Origin: the human T2T-CHM13v2.0 reference genome, Homo sapiens
Direction: 5' to 3' (one strand)
NCBI RefSeq assembly: GCF_009914755.1
Contig: NC_060925.1
Length of the DNA: 64,000 nucleotides
Shown: one piece after another, positions 35,799 through 51,383 of the stretch
How positions within the stretch are numbered: position 1 is the first letter of the stretch
How the letters are laid out: each line of letters starts with the position of its first letter
Translations under genes and position numbers: made by a program
Notes under the pieces: model-generated
The model's database searches: none
Told to the model about the DNA's origin: nothing
The model's input: only the letters and a program-made list of their open reading frames with translations

Positions 35799-38775
35799 GT
35801 TGGGTTTGGAGCACAAGTTCCCTAATTTAAACAGAGCAGCTGCCAGTTATGTTAACTGCTTTGGGGGTGTCTGCTAGGCCCCTCCCTCATAGCCATTGTC
35901 TCCTATTCTCACAGCAGTCCTAGAATGGCGGGAGGTCATAGCCCCATTTTACGGGTGATGAAATCGAGGCACAGAGGGCAGTGTTATTTGCCTAAAATTA
36001 CAAAGTTAGTAGGTGCCCTCAGCAGATTTTGGGCCAACCTTGTTTCTTTAGAAGAGAAATGCTACTTTAGGAAAGGGAAACGAAGGGTGACTCATGTGAT
36101 TGATGTGCTAAAATGCACAAAAAGAGGGCCGCCGGGGCAGTGAGGAATTGGTGCTTTTGTTTCAAGGCTGCTTCAGAGTCTGTGTGTCCTGCGCCCAGCG
36201 CTCCTACCCCAGCCATAGCCAAGAGGAAGCAGCCAGCCGGGCCCCAGCAGCCAGCAGAGAGAAAGGACGGGTCGTGGGTTGTGGGAGAGAAGGAAAGGGA
36301 GGAGTAACCGGTGGGGCCAGCTTTCCCCAAATAGAAATAGGCAAACAACAGAAACAGGACTAAATAATCTTCCCAGGAAATGCTGACTGTAAGTGAGAAC
36401 AGTGAGAATTACAGGGGTTCTAGCTGGAACGAGGAGGGTGACAGCAACCCCCAAGGGCTTAGCTCTAGAACCACCTAAACAGATGCATTTGCTCACACAC
36501 GTGTGGTGCAGACACATGCCCGGGCTGCCTGCATGCCACCACTTGCTCTTCCTGCCCCTCACACAACACGCACAGATATACTTATCTTTACTCATACAGG
36601 CAGATGTTGCGTGGAGACAAATTCAGAGATAAAGATACGAAGAAAAACTCTCGTAGCTGACACAGCCACCCAGCAAAGGCACAGAGGTGATCCAGACCAC
36701 TGAGGCAGAGTTGGAAAAACACACATGTATACATGTGTTTGTAACACCTCTCCCTGTGGCTTGGCAGTCTGTTTACTCTCCTGGTCTCCCATTTCCATAC
36801 TCTTAGATGCCGTGAACAGATTGTCTTCATCATTGGGGAACCCTCTCCCAGACAGCACTTGGCAGCCATAGGTTTTCCCTGGAGTTGTGGCATCTGGAAC
36901 TACAGGGATGAGCATTTGAGTACATATTACAGTGAGGTGGCCACACTGTGACCCGCAGTTCTGCAGACTGGAAGGCACTGAATGCCAGGATTTTTGCAGA
37001 GTGTCACTATGAAGTCCTGACTTGGCTCAGAGACCTTCTTAGAGCAGTAATTCGGGACCAGTGGATTTCTGATAAAGTTATTCTAATTTTCTAATAATTG
37101 TTTTCTAATAAAAGCCATATGGCAGGTCCTGCTCCCTTGGTAGCATGACCAGTACCTGGCGCAGTGCTAGTGCTGAGCTGACAGGAAGTGCCTCACCTTC
37201 ATCTCTCACTTGACAGTGGGTGGAAGGTTCTTGGCTCGGTATCCCTCAGTCATGACTGCACACTGTCCTGAGCTTTTCTCCCAACTTCATCCACTTCATA
37301 CTATTTTAATAAAGCGGTGCTGTGTATTATAACATTGTGCAGCTGAGCATTACACTCATGGCTCCCATTATCAAGCCCCTGCTATATACAGGGCATTTCA
37401 CAAAGAAGCAAACTTCCAAGCAGTCACTCAGCAACCTCCTCCTAGGAGCATTTGGGGAAGAGAATCTTGGGGCAAGTTTCCTTTACCACCTGCAGTCACC
37501 TGGGATGCTGGGAAAAATTTTGATTTCTGTTGTCTCCCTTCCAGAAAATTATTTGAGAGTGGGGCCAACAAATCTGCACTTGAGTCCATACCTAGGATAG
37601 TTTTTCTGTGCAGTTTTTTAAGTTTAAGAGGTTTTTAAAGTTTAAGACACACTGGTTAGGGTTTTGGGCTCTGGAGGATGAGAAACCTTGCTTGGGTTAT
37701 CAGATAACAGATTCTTCTCTGGTTTCCCTCCGATGTTATCAGGGGAATTGTTGGTTGTTTCACATTTGGGTGCTCCTGGGCCTTTTAAGAGCCAGGCTGG
37801 GAGGGCTGGTGATGGCAACCCTGGCTGGCAACAGAGGCTGTTTCCACCCCTGGGTGGCTCCCCACCTGCTTTCTGCCCTGGTAGGGTTCAGGCTCCGGGA
37901 ATTGGCACTCAGTGAAAGAATTTTGATTTCCAGTGGAATTTGTGCTGTCACAAGATTTGACCCATGGGACTAGTGAATAGATAGATGGGTTAGGTGAGCA
38001 TGTGACTTGGCTGGTGGCCGAGAGAGTGATAAATGTGAGAGTAGCTGGGGAAAATGGAAACGGATTAAGATAGAAGAGGGGCATTGTCCATCTGGCCGAT
38101 GGCAGGGCTGGTGGAGCAGCAGTTCTAGACTATTCTGAGGTTAGTTCAGAAACTGACCTAACAACGTGGGAAGTCTCTCCCAAATTGTTTATAGTTTCTC
38201 ACAGTGGGTGCCTTTTGAAGTGATTGTATTTGACAGCCCAGAGTGTTGGGCACACAGCTTTGTGCTATCTAAGGTCACGGTCCAATTGTGATTCCTAGCA
38301 ATAGCTTCAAGGCATATTTCATAGCTCTAATAGTTTTCAAGTATAAGGGTGTGAGAATGAGCTTTAAGAATATTTATGCCATGAAATCTTCCAATTGCTC
38401 TTCAACACGGTGCACCATAGTAGGTGTGAATAGAAGTGGTGGCAACAGACCTGAATTCAGGTCTGCCACTGACTATAATACTAGCTTGAGAAGTAACTTG
38501 AACTCTGTGAGCCTCAGTTTCCTTGTCTGTAGAATGAAGACAATGATACTGCCTTCATAGGATTATTATTAGGATTAAATGAAATATTATAGTGAGGCAT
38601 TCAGCAAAGTGTTCTATAAATTGGGGTAGGATGTGAGGTAATTGGCATTGTTAGATGCGTCTCTGGGTAAACAACCAAATTTTCTGCTTATTTGGCTGTT
38701 TCCCTAGCTGCCTTGTTAAAACAAAACACCTGAGTTGACCAGAACACCTCTGTTTTTAGAATCTAACTTTGCAGT

Positions 38776-39182
38776 TGTATTAGTCTCTTCTTGCATTGCC
38801 ATAAAGAAATACCTGACACCTTCATAAAGAAATGAGGTTTAACTGGCTCACGGTCCTGCAGGCTTTACAGGAAGCATGGTACTGACATCTACTTGGCTTC
38901 TAGAGAGGCCTCAGGAAGCTTACAGTCATGGCAGAAAGTGAAGCAGTAGCAGGCACATCACATGGTGAAAGCGGGAGCAAGAGAGACAGTTGGGAGAGGA
39001 GGCGCCACACACTTTTAAACAACCAGATCTCCCAAGAACTCACTCACTATCGTGAAGATAGCACCAAGCCATGAGGGGTCTGTCCCCATGATCCAGACAC
39101 CTCTCACCAGGCCCCACCTCCAGCACTGGGGATTACAATTGAGCATGAGATTTGGGTAGGGACAACTATCTGAACTGTATCA
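38776..39182 (-). mobile_element. MSTA/MSTB MaLR solo LTR
   Basis: TGTATTAGTC...ATAAAGAAATACCTGA...GGAAGCTTACAGTCATGGCAGAA...CATGAGATTTGGGTAGGGACA...TATCA. Confidence 0.88.
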
Positions 39183-40022
39183 GCAATAGAGTGTGATTAT
39201 AAGTTATGCTGTAGGAATAGAATTGTTGTCACTGAAAGATTCCCTTGGCCATGGGAGCCTCCTGGCTCTATGAAGGAATCAGCCAATGCTTATCCCAGGG
39301 AGGTAATGATAAGGTCGAAGTTTGACAAGAAATCTACGTTTTCTTAAGCTAAGTAGTAGGTTAACAGAAGATATGTTGTGTGTTAATAGTTCTATTTACA
39401 TCTCTTTCTCCAAGGTTATACACACTCTGCATCACTAAGTCAAGACACCATTCTTTGACACTGGCTAATAGTAATAGCAATCATAGCCACTGTGCATTAG
39501 CACTTACTCCACATCCTTGTACTGAGCACTACTTACATTATGTGGTGTTGTCATTGTCACCATTTCATACATAAAGAAACCAAGGTTTTCAGAGATTGAA
39601 TAACTTGTGCAAGATCACACATCTGGTAGGGCAGATCCAAGATCTGTTTGTCTCCAAAATCTGCTTCTGTCCTGCCTGGGAGACCTTGGGAATGACGGCA
39701 AGTGGTTGTAGGAAGGAGGGCTGATGTCAAGGTGGCTGTGGGGGCAGGAGGCTGAGGGAACTCACTGACCCTTGAGGGACTCCTTAGGTGGGGGATTCTG
39801 GGTTTCCTGTTGGCAGCTGGAGGGGGAGTGCCAGTTCCCATAAGTGGTTATTGCCCAGGTTGTGACCTTGGCTTGGCCAGTGATTGGTTCATTTTGGAAT
39901 TTCATGAGTGACCCCCAGGCAGGGTTCTTACAATCACGCTGGAAGACCACCCAGGAAGTTCCTGTGGGGTAAAATGATGCAGCAGCCTGCTTTCCTCAGG
40001 AGGTCTGAAACCCTCCCCATGT

Positions 40023-40054
<32 letters not shown>

Positions 40055-40582
40055 CCACCCACACACCCTCCACCCCTCTTGGTGTCTTTGGCCTTTTTTC
40101 CTAGCTTGTTTGTTTCTATGGGTGTCTTCAAGTTCAACTAGAACCTATGGGAATGACTTAGTTTTGAACCTGTAAGAATGAGAAGTAAACAATTCTTTGT
40201 ACTGACTTTGAATTTCCTTTCTTCTGTTGTCCAAAGGTGAAGGGTGACAATGTGTCCCAGATTTTTTTGGATATTCTACAAAAAAATAGATATTTTTTTG
40301 TAGAAAAAAGCTTATTCTACAGTGTTGTCCCAATTTTAAAAGCCCTAGAAAACTGGTTAAGGCAAATTATAACCAAATCAAATCACTAATTATTACAATA
40401 AAGTGTAACTAGCTACAAAAATCCTAAAATTACAATTTTAGGCTTTGAGAAAATATCACTGATGATAGAGGAAGAGTGACAGTCTTTGTTTTGGGTCTTG
40501 GGATGGCAGAAAGAAAATATTTAGTAGGGAGTAAAGATCAGTGTACCCCTTGAAGTGTGGTGAAGATGGGTGGGTTTTGATG

Positions 40583-40585
<3 letters not shown>

Positions 40586-40620
<35 letters not shown>
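40586..40620. repeat. (TG)17 microsatellite 100 nt upstream of exon 3; (AC)n tract at 40023-40054
   Basis: Read directly. Confidence 0.95.
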
Positions 40621-40624
<4 letters not shown>

Positions 40625-40679
40625 AGAATTTCCCTAAATTCAAAATGATACTTACATTTTGATAAACCCAGAGAGTTAA

Positions 40680-40874
<195 letters not shown>

Positions 40875-42620
40875 TAAGCACACTGCCACTTGGCCAAGAC
40901 TCCTGTCTGTAAATGTTTTCCTTAGGTTCTCTTGGATTTTTGTCTTTATTTTTCTAGCATGCTAATTAGTTTATCTATGTCCCATGGTCTCTTGTTGGTC
41001 TAAGGACAGCCTGTCCTGCCCTTTGGTAGCGTGGGGATTCTTCTGAAGTATGATTGGTTGGCCTGCTTTACATGGTGTGGAAAAGTAGCCAGCAAGGTTG
41101 ACGACAGGGTTGGGAAGGGAAAAGCTGAAGTCTCCCACGACTCATTTCAAAATGGAACAGTATAAGGGGGAGAAGGAAACTCAGAAAACCTAAGAAGTTT
41201 AAAAAACATGGGGCAGCCCAGACTGACCATTACTACTAGAGCTATGCAGGAATTGAGAGGCCGCACGCTCAGATGCCTGGTAGAGAAACGTAAGTTAATT
41301 AAGGAGGCCCTGGGTCGAAAAGAGGGGGCAAAAATATATTAACCTAGCTTTGGGTTAACAGCAATCTGTGCAGTGCCTCAGTGTCAGTGCTGTAGTGTGG
41401 TGTGAAGGAGCCTATGGCTAACTGGAGAATGCATTTCCTCTGTAAAGGAAACAGCAGCTCCGCAGCTCCAGACACCTACTGTTGCTCAGGAATGCAGGGA
41501 TTCATTGTTTGAGAAAAGCTGCAAATCAGGATTTTATGTGGAATCCTAACTTTACAGTATTTTTGAAATACTGATACTTTATTAATTTTTTTGAACCATT
41601 GAGTGGGTTCTTCTCCAGGTTCCAACTGTCTGGCAGCCCACCTGATTTAAATAAACATCTGAGCTATACACAGAAACATGTCTGCATACCCTCTGCACAT
41701 CCTGAAGTATATATACACATGTCCAGCCTTGCCCCTCATAAACAAAGTGGTGTATGATACACAGCTGTAAAGATAGATATAGGACTATAGATAAGCATAC
41801 ATCTGTACATACCTGTGCATACACACAGGTAAGCATTTATAATCAAATAGGTGGACTGAAACTGGAATTCCTCAGAGTACACAAGGTGTTCTTGGGACAC
41901 AAAACTACAATTGTGGGTTGAACGTGGGATTCATTGAGCAATGAGCAAATGCCTTTAGTGCTGCCTGCCTTGGCTCTGGGATGGCTGATGGTCGGATGGG
42001 GCCAGTCTTAGGATTGGATCACCCTGGAGTACTTGAAGGGGTCAGTTTCCTCCTGGATGTGGGTTCAGAGGTGCCAGTGGCCTACAGCAAAGGCTCTTCT
42101 TTCTCTGCATCTCCTCTGCACCTCGTAGCTGAGAACACTTTGAGAAGCTCTTGGTGTTGCCCCAGGATGATCTGGTGTGAAAAGCATTGAGATGGGTGTT
42201 TGGAGGCTGTATTTTTTAGTAGCTCTGTTACCTTGAGCAGTCACAGCCTTTGTAGGCCTCAATTTCTTTATTGAAAATCTAGGGGTTTTGATGAAAGCAT
42301 CTTAGGTGCTTTTTCTTCTAAGAACCTGAAGCTTAACAGGATCCTTTGTGTATCTACATGTTTTAGGCATACATGTGCACCCCAGGAAATTCTCTCATGC
42401 CCTTTCTAGTCAATCTCTGCCCCACCCTCACCTCTCCAAGGCAACCACTGTGTTGATTTCTATCACTGTAGATCAATTTTGCCTGTTTTTGAATTTAGTA
42501 TAATTAGAATCATATGGTCCATCTCCTGCCCCCACCCACCCGCCCTGCTTAGCATAATGATTTTGAGATTTATCCATGTTTTGGTATGTTTCAACAGCTT
42601 ATTCTTTTTATTTTTGCTGA

Positions 42621-43013
<393 letters not shown>

Positions 43014-43838
43014 TAATTTTTGGATAAAACCTGAGAGTGGAATTGCTGGGCCATATAGCTAAGTGTATATTTAGATTTATATGAAACCGCCAGAGTGGTT
43101 TTCCAGAGGCACTGTACCATGGTCCACTTCCACCAGCAGTGTTGGAGAGTCCTGGCTGCTTCTGGCCATCGTCTGAAATAGGAATTTCTCTCACTGTAGG
43201 TGATACTTCTGACTTTGCAAGTTGAAGGATTATTAGTTTATGGGATTGAGACCTTCACCACCACCACTTCTTACCATAGCCCATACATTTCATAAATCAT
43301 GGTTTTTTGGTCATTACTAGATTCGGAGTTATTTGATGATGAGCGATGTCTGTCTTGCTGATTTAGCTACTAACTGAAACTAGCTTTTTCTAAGTTGGTG
43401 TCCTAATTTCACCCCCTTTGCCACTGCATCTGACTGTTTTCTTTCCGAGTGAAAGGATACATACAAATTTCAGAGGCAGAAACCTCTTTGGCCTCCTGTG
43501 TCTTTTCAGCGCCTTGCTCTTATTGCTTCATTATTGTTGCCAGTTGTTTTTAAACAACAAAATCCTTTAAAATTCTATCAACTGGGTTTTGCTAAGTGAA
43601 TAGACTAATTGCTTTAACTAGCAACGGCCTAGAAGTTTAAAAAGAGAGGAAGCTAGAAAGTAAAAGATAACATTTTAATAATCCTGGTTGTTTCTATGCC
43701 CTTGATGTTTAGTTCCTCGTGAAAACATGTTTTAGAAAGAATTTTTAAGCCAATCTGGCCATACACGGATTCCTGGATTTGCTTAGCTTGGTCCATGAGA
43801 AATATTGTTAAAGAGTGCTTGACACTGATGCTTGTTAA

Positions 43839-44163
<325 letters not shown>

Positions 44164-44688
44164 CCATAAAGAGATTTTAAAATGTGGGTCCTAGCTACAG
44201 GTAAGCTTGGGTTTGTGTAGTGGTGTAAGTTCCCTTGCTACGCCCTTTGCTCTTCTGGGCTGCTAGAGGGTGTAGTAATACTCCCACCTCCAAAAGTTGG
44301 ACTTCGTAAGCCTTTATAACCCAGCGTGAATTGGAAAGAAGATGCAGGAGGTTTATCTCTATAGATGAGCTCTCACAAGATTAGTCTAATACCTGGGTTG
44401 CGCATTGCAGGGCAAACAGCTCCAGGCCCTCAGAGCTGCTCAAGGCTTTTCAACCCAGGGGATGATAATCAATGTTATGTCAATGAATCAGCCAAACAGA
44501 CAGAAAGATCACATTATGTTTTCTCTGTTTGAAAAGGTAAATACCTCATACATTTTGAAAATTTCAATGAAAATCGTTTGAGTTAAGAAGTTCTAATATT
44601 TAAAGAGTTAAGCTTTCATTTTCTGGAAGCCTTTGTGAATAGGGCTGGGTAGATGCAGCGGGCCCTGCATGTTCACTGCCCTTTGTAG

Positions 44689-45348
<660 letters not shown>

Positions 45349-48300
45349 TAAGAGGCAACATCCAGGAGGCAGAAAGGATGGCTGATGTCTTGCTGGGAGA
45401 CAGCTGCTCTGTAGCACGTGAGGGGTGGTGACAGATGCCAAGAGCTAGGACCAGAGTCTGACTCTTTTCTGGTTTGGGGAGGAGATGCGAGGGTGGGGAG
45501 GGTGTCCATGTTCATTGAGTTTCTGGACTTCTAGATGGTGCGGGGCAGTTGCTGGCTCTCACCCAGGTTGAGATTTTGCTGGGCTTGTTCTCAAAGTTAT
45601 TGGCAGCTCCCAAAAATGATGGAGAAAGGAGATGCATAGTGATGGCTGCCTTCTTTGACTCTGAAATTGGCCAATGGACAACAGATAAAGTGACCAGCAG
45701 CTCCATTTTGTCCCAAATGTGACATCTGGTTTACCATGTTGTCCCAGTGGAATAATGAATTGTTCCTTTTTTCCCACTCTCAGAGGCCTGGTTTGGGCAG
45801 TAAATTATATGGTCATCCGAGGGACCCTCCAATAAAGAATCAAGTGCAGGTTAGAGACTCCAAATGTGTAATCCTTGAGTGTTGTGAAAATGTATGCGTG
45901 AGAAAAAGTTAGAAGTCAGTTGGGTTGTCATACTTACATCTCTGCATAAAATCTCATTATTTTGTGGTTAAATAAGAGTGATTACCATCATTTTATTTGC
46001 TTCAAGGTAAGCACTTTATATATAGATTGTGTATTTAGTCTTCATAGAACCCCGTGACCTAGGTATTATTAATCCCTGTGTCACAGATGAAGAAACTAGG
46101 GCTTAGGGGATTTAAGTAATTTGCACAAAAACATATGGCTAGCCTCATTTAGGATTCACTCAGATGTCATGAGGCCAGGGCTGAGTGAATGCCCCCATAA
46201 TGGCATCTCTCACTTTGTGGTTAGTGGCCTATTTTTCCATCTGTTTTCTTCCACAGACTATGAACTCCCTGAGGCCAGGGGCCACCCTTATACCTCATTA
46301 CATCCTCAGTGCCTGGCATGGAGCATGGCTTGCACTGAGATGTTCTCTGGGTGAATGCAGAGCCTGGGACATTTGACTTCAAAGCCTTTACCCTCTCCCA
46401 GGCTCTCTGCCTCCTTAGGCAGTATATGCTGATGTGTGTAGCCTGCTTGGGGCAGGGTAGGCACTTAGTTCATTGCAGCTATTACTGCTGTGATCATGTA
46501 GCTGGCAGAGCAGCCAGAATCAGCAAGGGCACACCTTAGTGGGTATCAGAACAATCGGCTTTGTCATAGATTTGGCTGGGCTCCAGGAAGGTGGCTCAGC
46601 CTGTATTTGGAGTCAGGCCATGCTGCCAAACCATCTTCATGTTGGTGTGTACCCTCCTCCATTCCTCTGGCTTGGCTTGTGCTACGAGAACGGGATGATC
46701 TAGCGTTCAAGGTTGCTGCCACCCTAACTGATCCTTGGTGGAAACTGGTGTCCAAGTCACATGTCTGTGCACCAAAAATCTGGGGTTTAGAGTCCTTCAC
46801 AGATGCCTGTAGGGCTCTGAAGACAAGTAGGTCACCGCTTTGCTGCATATTCATCTCAGAAGGCTTTCTTTTCCCATGTTTTGCATCAGGGAATGACCAG
46901 CAGTTTTGTGTTAAACATCTGCTGTGTGCAGAGCCCTGGACACACCAGGCTGGCTGCCTTCAGAGCTCTATCTCAGCACCTGTGGCACTCACAGTCACTT
47001 GGAAAGAGACCAGTGCACCGCTGTCTGGTGGACAGGTGCAGAAACAGGCCTGGGGGTATAGGTGATAGGAACACAGGAGGACAGAGAATTTCAGATTGTG
47101 GCAGCAATAAAGCCGAGCAGGAGACAGTCTGTCTCAGAACAGGTTTTGCTGCAGTTAAAGTGGTAGAGAAAAATCCGGCTGTGGTCTCAGTGGAGATGAG
47201 TGATATTTGGAACTCTGTATATGTAAGTAGCCAAGACACTGGCCAGGAGTGAGGTCTATGGTGGTTTTGTTTTTTGGCCCTTAGCCCTAGTTGGTGTGAA
47301 TTCCACCTGTGTAGGTGGGAAAGGGCAGGGCATCTTCTCACCATAGGTCATGCAGGGTGGTGGGACCGACTTACCCCCATGGGCTCCCACATTGCTCCTC
47401 CCTGTACGACTGGTTGAGCTGCACACTGCATCTGAGTGGGAGTGGAGAGGGGACAAACCAAACAGCCCGAGGAAAGTATGCCTGTGGCGTGTTCAGAAAG
47501 CATGATTAGCAGCAGCCCTCGCCTCCCACCGCACAGCTCTGCTGGTCAGGGCAGAGCTGGATGGGAGAAGCCAGACTGATTGTGCTGCATGGCTCCCAGG
47601 CTTGCTGCAAACCTTTCAGTCTGCTCTTACCATGACCAACAACTGTCCAGGCTTTAAAAAACTCAAGTCAGTCACCCCAGCTCCCCAGGGAGAACTGAAA
47701 GGTGGCAAGTGCCCATCTGCCCTGGGGAGAGCGTTTTGAGGTGGTCCTCAGCCTCATCCTTTCGGCTTCTTTTTAGGACCATTGGTGTTCCTCCTCTCCC
47801 TGCCTTTAATAAGGCCCCCTTTGTCCCTCTCGTGGAGAGCCTGAGTTAGGAGGTGGAAAGAATGGCTGGGGAAAGAGGGACATCTTTACTGACAAATGGA
47901 GCCCTCAGGGAGAGCCAGATGCCCAAGTGTCAGCCAGTCTGCCAGAGCTGGAGCAGGCTTGGCACCTTTCCTCCTGGCATTGTGTGGGCCTGGTCACCTG
48001 CCGATCCTTGGGCTAAATCTGGTCTGAACCCAGCAGTGGCTGGAAGAGTTACTAGGCCAGAAATACAACTTCTAAGGCCTTTTGTAAAGTGTAGAAACAG
48101 ACAGGAGGGAAGAGGGAGCGGGAATAGACAAAGCAAGCCTCGGAAATCAGAATAGCAGGTCTCCATCAGACCCAGCAGAATCACAGGCTGTTGGCTCTCC
48201 CTTTATGTAAAGCCTTCACCGTGGCAGCACCCTATTGGGCTTAGGTGCCAAGCGATGGTGAGTTCTTTTTTATGTTTTCAAAGATGATTTTATCGAATTG

Positions 48301-49624
48301 ACTGAGCTATTTTTAAGAGTTGTCTAAAGAATGTCTACTCTTTAGTTTCTTAAAGAAAATAGGCTTCTCATTAGTTCATAAAAGGTGCTTGCTGTGGCCC
48401 TGCTTGTTGGCAGGAATGAAGTTTTGGGCTTATTTGAAAACTTTCAAAAATGTAAAAAGTTGTTGCAGAAAGTAAGATACCATAAATAGATTGAGATACT
48501 TCCTAACCTCTGCCCAGTGCCCTAGGAGTTATGAAAAGCTTTTCATAGGTTTGGACTCATTTACCCCTCCTTGCTGCCCTGTCAGAGGTCAGAGCAGGTG
48601 GGGTAGAGGTGTCCCCTCTTACAGTTGAGGTCCCCAACCCCCAGGGTAAGGGACCTGCTCAAGGTCACAGGGAATCAGCACCTTCCTGTGCATCACACCG
48701 CTTACCCCACCGCACTTTCTACAGCGTCCTGGTGTCTCACACAGTCGCTTTGTCATTTTCCATACACACCTTGCTCGTCACTTTTCTTGGCCCCGTTCTC
48801 ACAATAAGTTGCTAACTTTTCCAGGATGTTACCAGAGACTAATGACTGTTGATATGACTTTATTTGAGGAGAAACCCAGAAGAATAGAAGAGCCTAAAAA
48901 TTGGCATTCAATTATCTTAATCATTTTTCAGTTTTGAAACCTCTAAAGGGAAATAAGTGTGAATACTGGTGCACAGGCACTAGTGTAATTGACTGGTTGA
49001 ATGTGAAATGGTAGAACAACAGAGACAGATAAAGAAAACCTTAACAATAAACAATTACATAGTCTTACTGGGAGCCAGGTACCTTCTGATCTTTTAATGT
49101 GCAACTCAGTTTTCACAACAATCATGTGAGGTAGGTTCTGGTAGCCTCCTTTTCAGATGAGCAAACCGAGGCGTGGGAGAGTTAGGTAAGTCTAAGGCCC
49201 CACACTTTGTAATTGTGGGAACCAGGATTTGAGCCCAGGCTCTCTGGTTCCAGAATGATCTTACCCATTTCACCATACTACCTCTGAATAGATAGTTGCA
49301 TGTTCACGTCACTGCTTTAGGAACACATGAACAAACCCAGAAGCATTTTTTGAGTGTTTCCCATGTGCCAGCCTCGGTGCCAGATATTTTTGTATACATT
49401 ATCCTGTTTCACTTAACACAGAGCTTAGGGCTGGAACAGAGAGAATGTGCAGGATTGTCAAGATGGCTTGCACTCTGAGGTCCATTCCTTAGCTCCACTG
49501 GTTATTTTATTCACTCAGTTGACAAAGCCTGGTCCTTAAAGTCATAGCAGTAGGTTTGAGCCTTTGGTCAGACCTTTTTAACTTCCTATACTTCACATGT
49601 CTCAAAGAAAATATATTTTATCTA

Positions 49625-50030
49625 TTGTTGTGTAACAACTACCTCACCACTTAGTAGTTTAAAACAACCAATTCAGTATTTCTCACAATTCTGCAGCATG
49701 GATTGGGCTCAGCCAGGAGGTTCTTTAGCTGATCCTGCCCATGGTCCTGTGTGATTATACTCACATGGTGAGTCAGCTGAGGCTGACTTTTTTTTCCTGT
49801 GTATTCTCTCCTCCTTCTTTTCCTGTATATTCTCTCCTTCTCATGGCCTCTCCTTGTTGTTTCCTCATTAGGGTTGCTAGACTTCTTAAATGGCAGCTCA
49901 GGGCTCCCAGGAGCACAAAAGCAGAAGCTCCCAGGCCTTTTAAGGTCTGGGCCTGGAACTGTCCCAGTAGTATTTCCACTGCATTCTCTTGGTGAAAGCA
50001 AGCCACAGCCCTATCCCACATTTAAGGAGA
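49625..50030 (-). mobile_element. Old MLT1-type MaLR LTR fragment
   Basis: TTGTGTAACAACTACC...TTAAAACAAC...TTTCTCACAATTCTG motif. Confidence 0.55.
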
Positions 50031-50504
50031 GAGGACGACACAAGACAGAGGCTACTAGGATGTTAAGTTCAATGTCACAGACCCCCACAACCACCTCGGG
50101 CTGTCTTTCTCAGAGTCTGTTTATTCTCATTTTGCATATAGTTCTAACAAATTTAATTATTGATTTCTACATCTTAAAAAGCCCAGAAGTAATATATTTT
50201 GAGGGGAAAAAGTGCTGCTTTAAGGAGGTATATGAACATCAATGAAAAATGATAGCTGATAGTCATCAACAAGGAGGGAGACAGAGAAACCACAAAAGCA
50301 GGTATGACTCAGCACTCTGGGAAGCTTTCCACAGTGACCCATTCTATAGGATATTTATATTGCTGAAGCTCCCTTGTACCTAATTCAGCCAGCAGGTTTT
50401 AACTGTTTGGGTTTTTAAGCTTCAGGGTCAAAGTTTTGGGGTAAAAAATGCTTCATTCATTGAGACTGAGAGAGAGTAGCTTATAAATTGACACTGACCA
50501 TAGA

Positions 50505-50860
50505 CCTTGATTTTGTGTCCCCACCCAAATCTCATCTTGAATTATAGCTCCCATAATTCCCACATGTTGTGGGAGGGACCCAGTGGGAGTTCATTGAATC
50601 ACGGGGGCGATTTCCCCCATACTGTTCCTGTGGTAGTGAGTAAGTCTCACAAGATCTGATCGTTTTATAAGAGGAAACCTTATAAAAGGTGGCTCTCATT
50701 TTCTTCGTTGTCGCCATGTAAGATGTGCCTTTTGCCTTCTGCCATGATTGTGAGGCCTCCCCAGCCACATGGAACTGTGAGTCCATTAAACCTCTTTTTC
50801 TATATAAATTACCCAGTCTTGGGTATGTCTTTATCAGCAGCATAAAAATGGACTAATACA
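50505..50860 (+). mobile_element. THE1 MaLR solo LTR
   Basis: TGTGTCCCCACCCAAATCTCATCTTGAATT...GCCATGATTGTGAGGCCTCCCCAGCCAC...GGACTAATACA. Confidence 0.9.
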
Positions 50861-50993
50861 GATCTTTTAATCAAAGATGTGGTAACGAATCACAGAACCA
50901 CCTGTGCTTTAGAAGAAATGATCCTTGGATTGCTTTTCAAGCAATGGAAGTTTATGATTGTCACATTGTCAATTGTGATTATATTCAAGGAAG

Positions 50994-51383
50994 TGTTATG
51001 GACTGAATGTTTGTGGTCCCCCCAAATTCATATGTGGAAGCCCTAACCTCCAGTGTGACATATTTGGAGATGGAGCCCCTAAGGAAGTAATTGAGGTTAA
51101 ATGTAGTCATAGTGTGGGGCCCTGATCCCATAGGACTGGCATCCTTACAAGAACAGATACCAGAGAGCTTGCTCTGTCTCTGCACACACCCTTAGAAAAG
51201 GCTGTGTGAGGCCCCAGAAAGAAGGTGGCCATCTGTAAGCCCAGAAGAGAGCCCTCAATAGGAACCAGGTTGGCTAGAACGTTGATCTTGGACCCCCAAC
51301 CTCCAGAACTGTAAGAAAATAAATTTCTGTTGTTTAAGCTACCTAGGCTGTAGCATTTTGATACAGCAGCCTGAGCTGAGACA
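50994..51383 (+). mobile_element. MLT1A-type MaLR solo LTR
   Basis: TGTTATGGACTGAATGTTTGTG...CCCAAATTCATATG...CCTCCAGAACTGTAAGAAAATAAATTTCTGTTGTTTAAGC...GACA. Confidence 0.85.

Noticed and set aside
34243-35877. Duplicated small-protein gene (MCDSILMARGF...) on opposite strands
   Set aside because: The shared peptide is a by-product of the inverted repeat; C-termini diverge at the arm edge and there is no other coding evidence.
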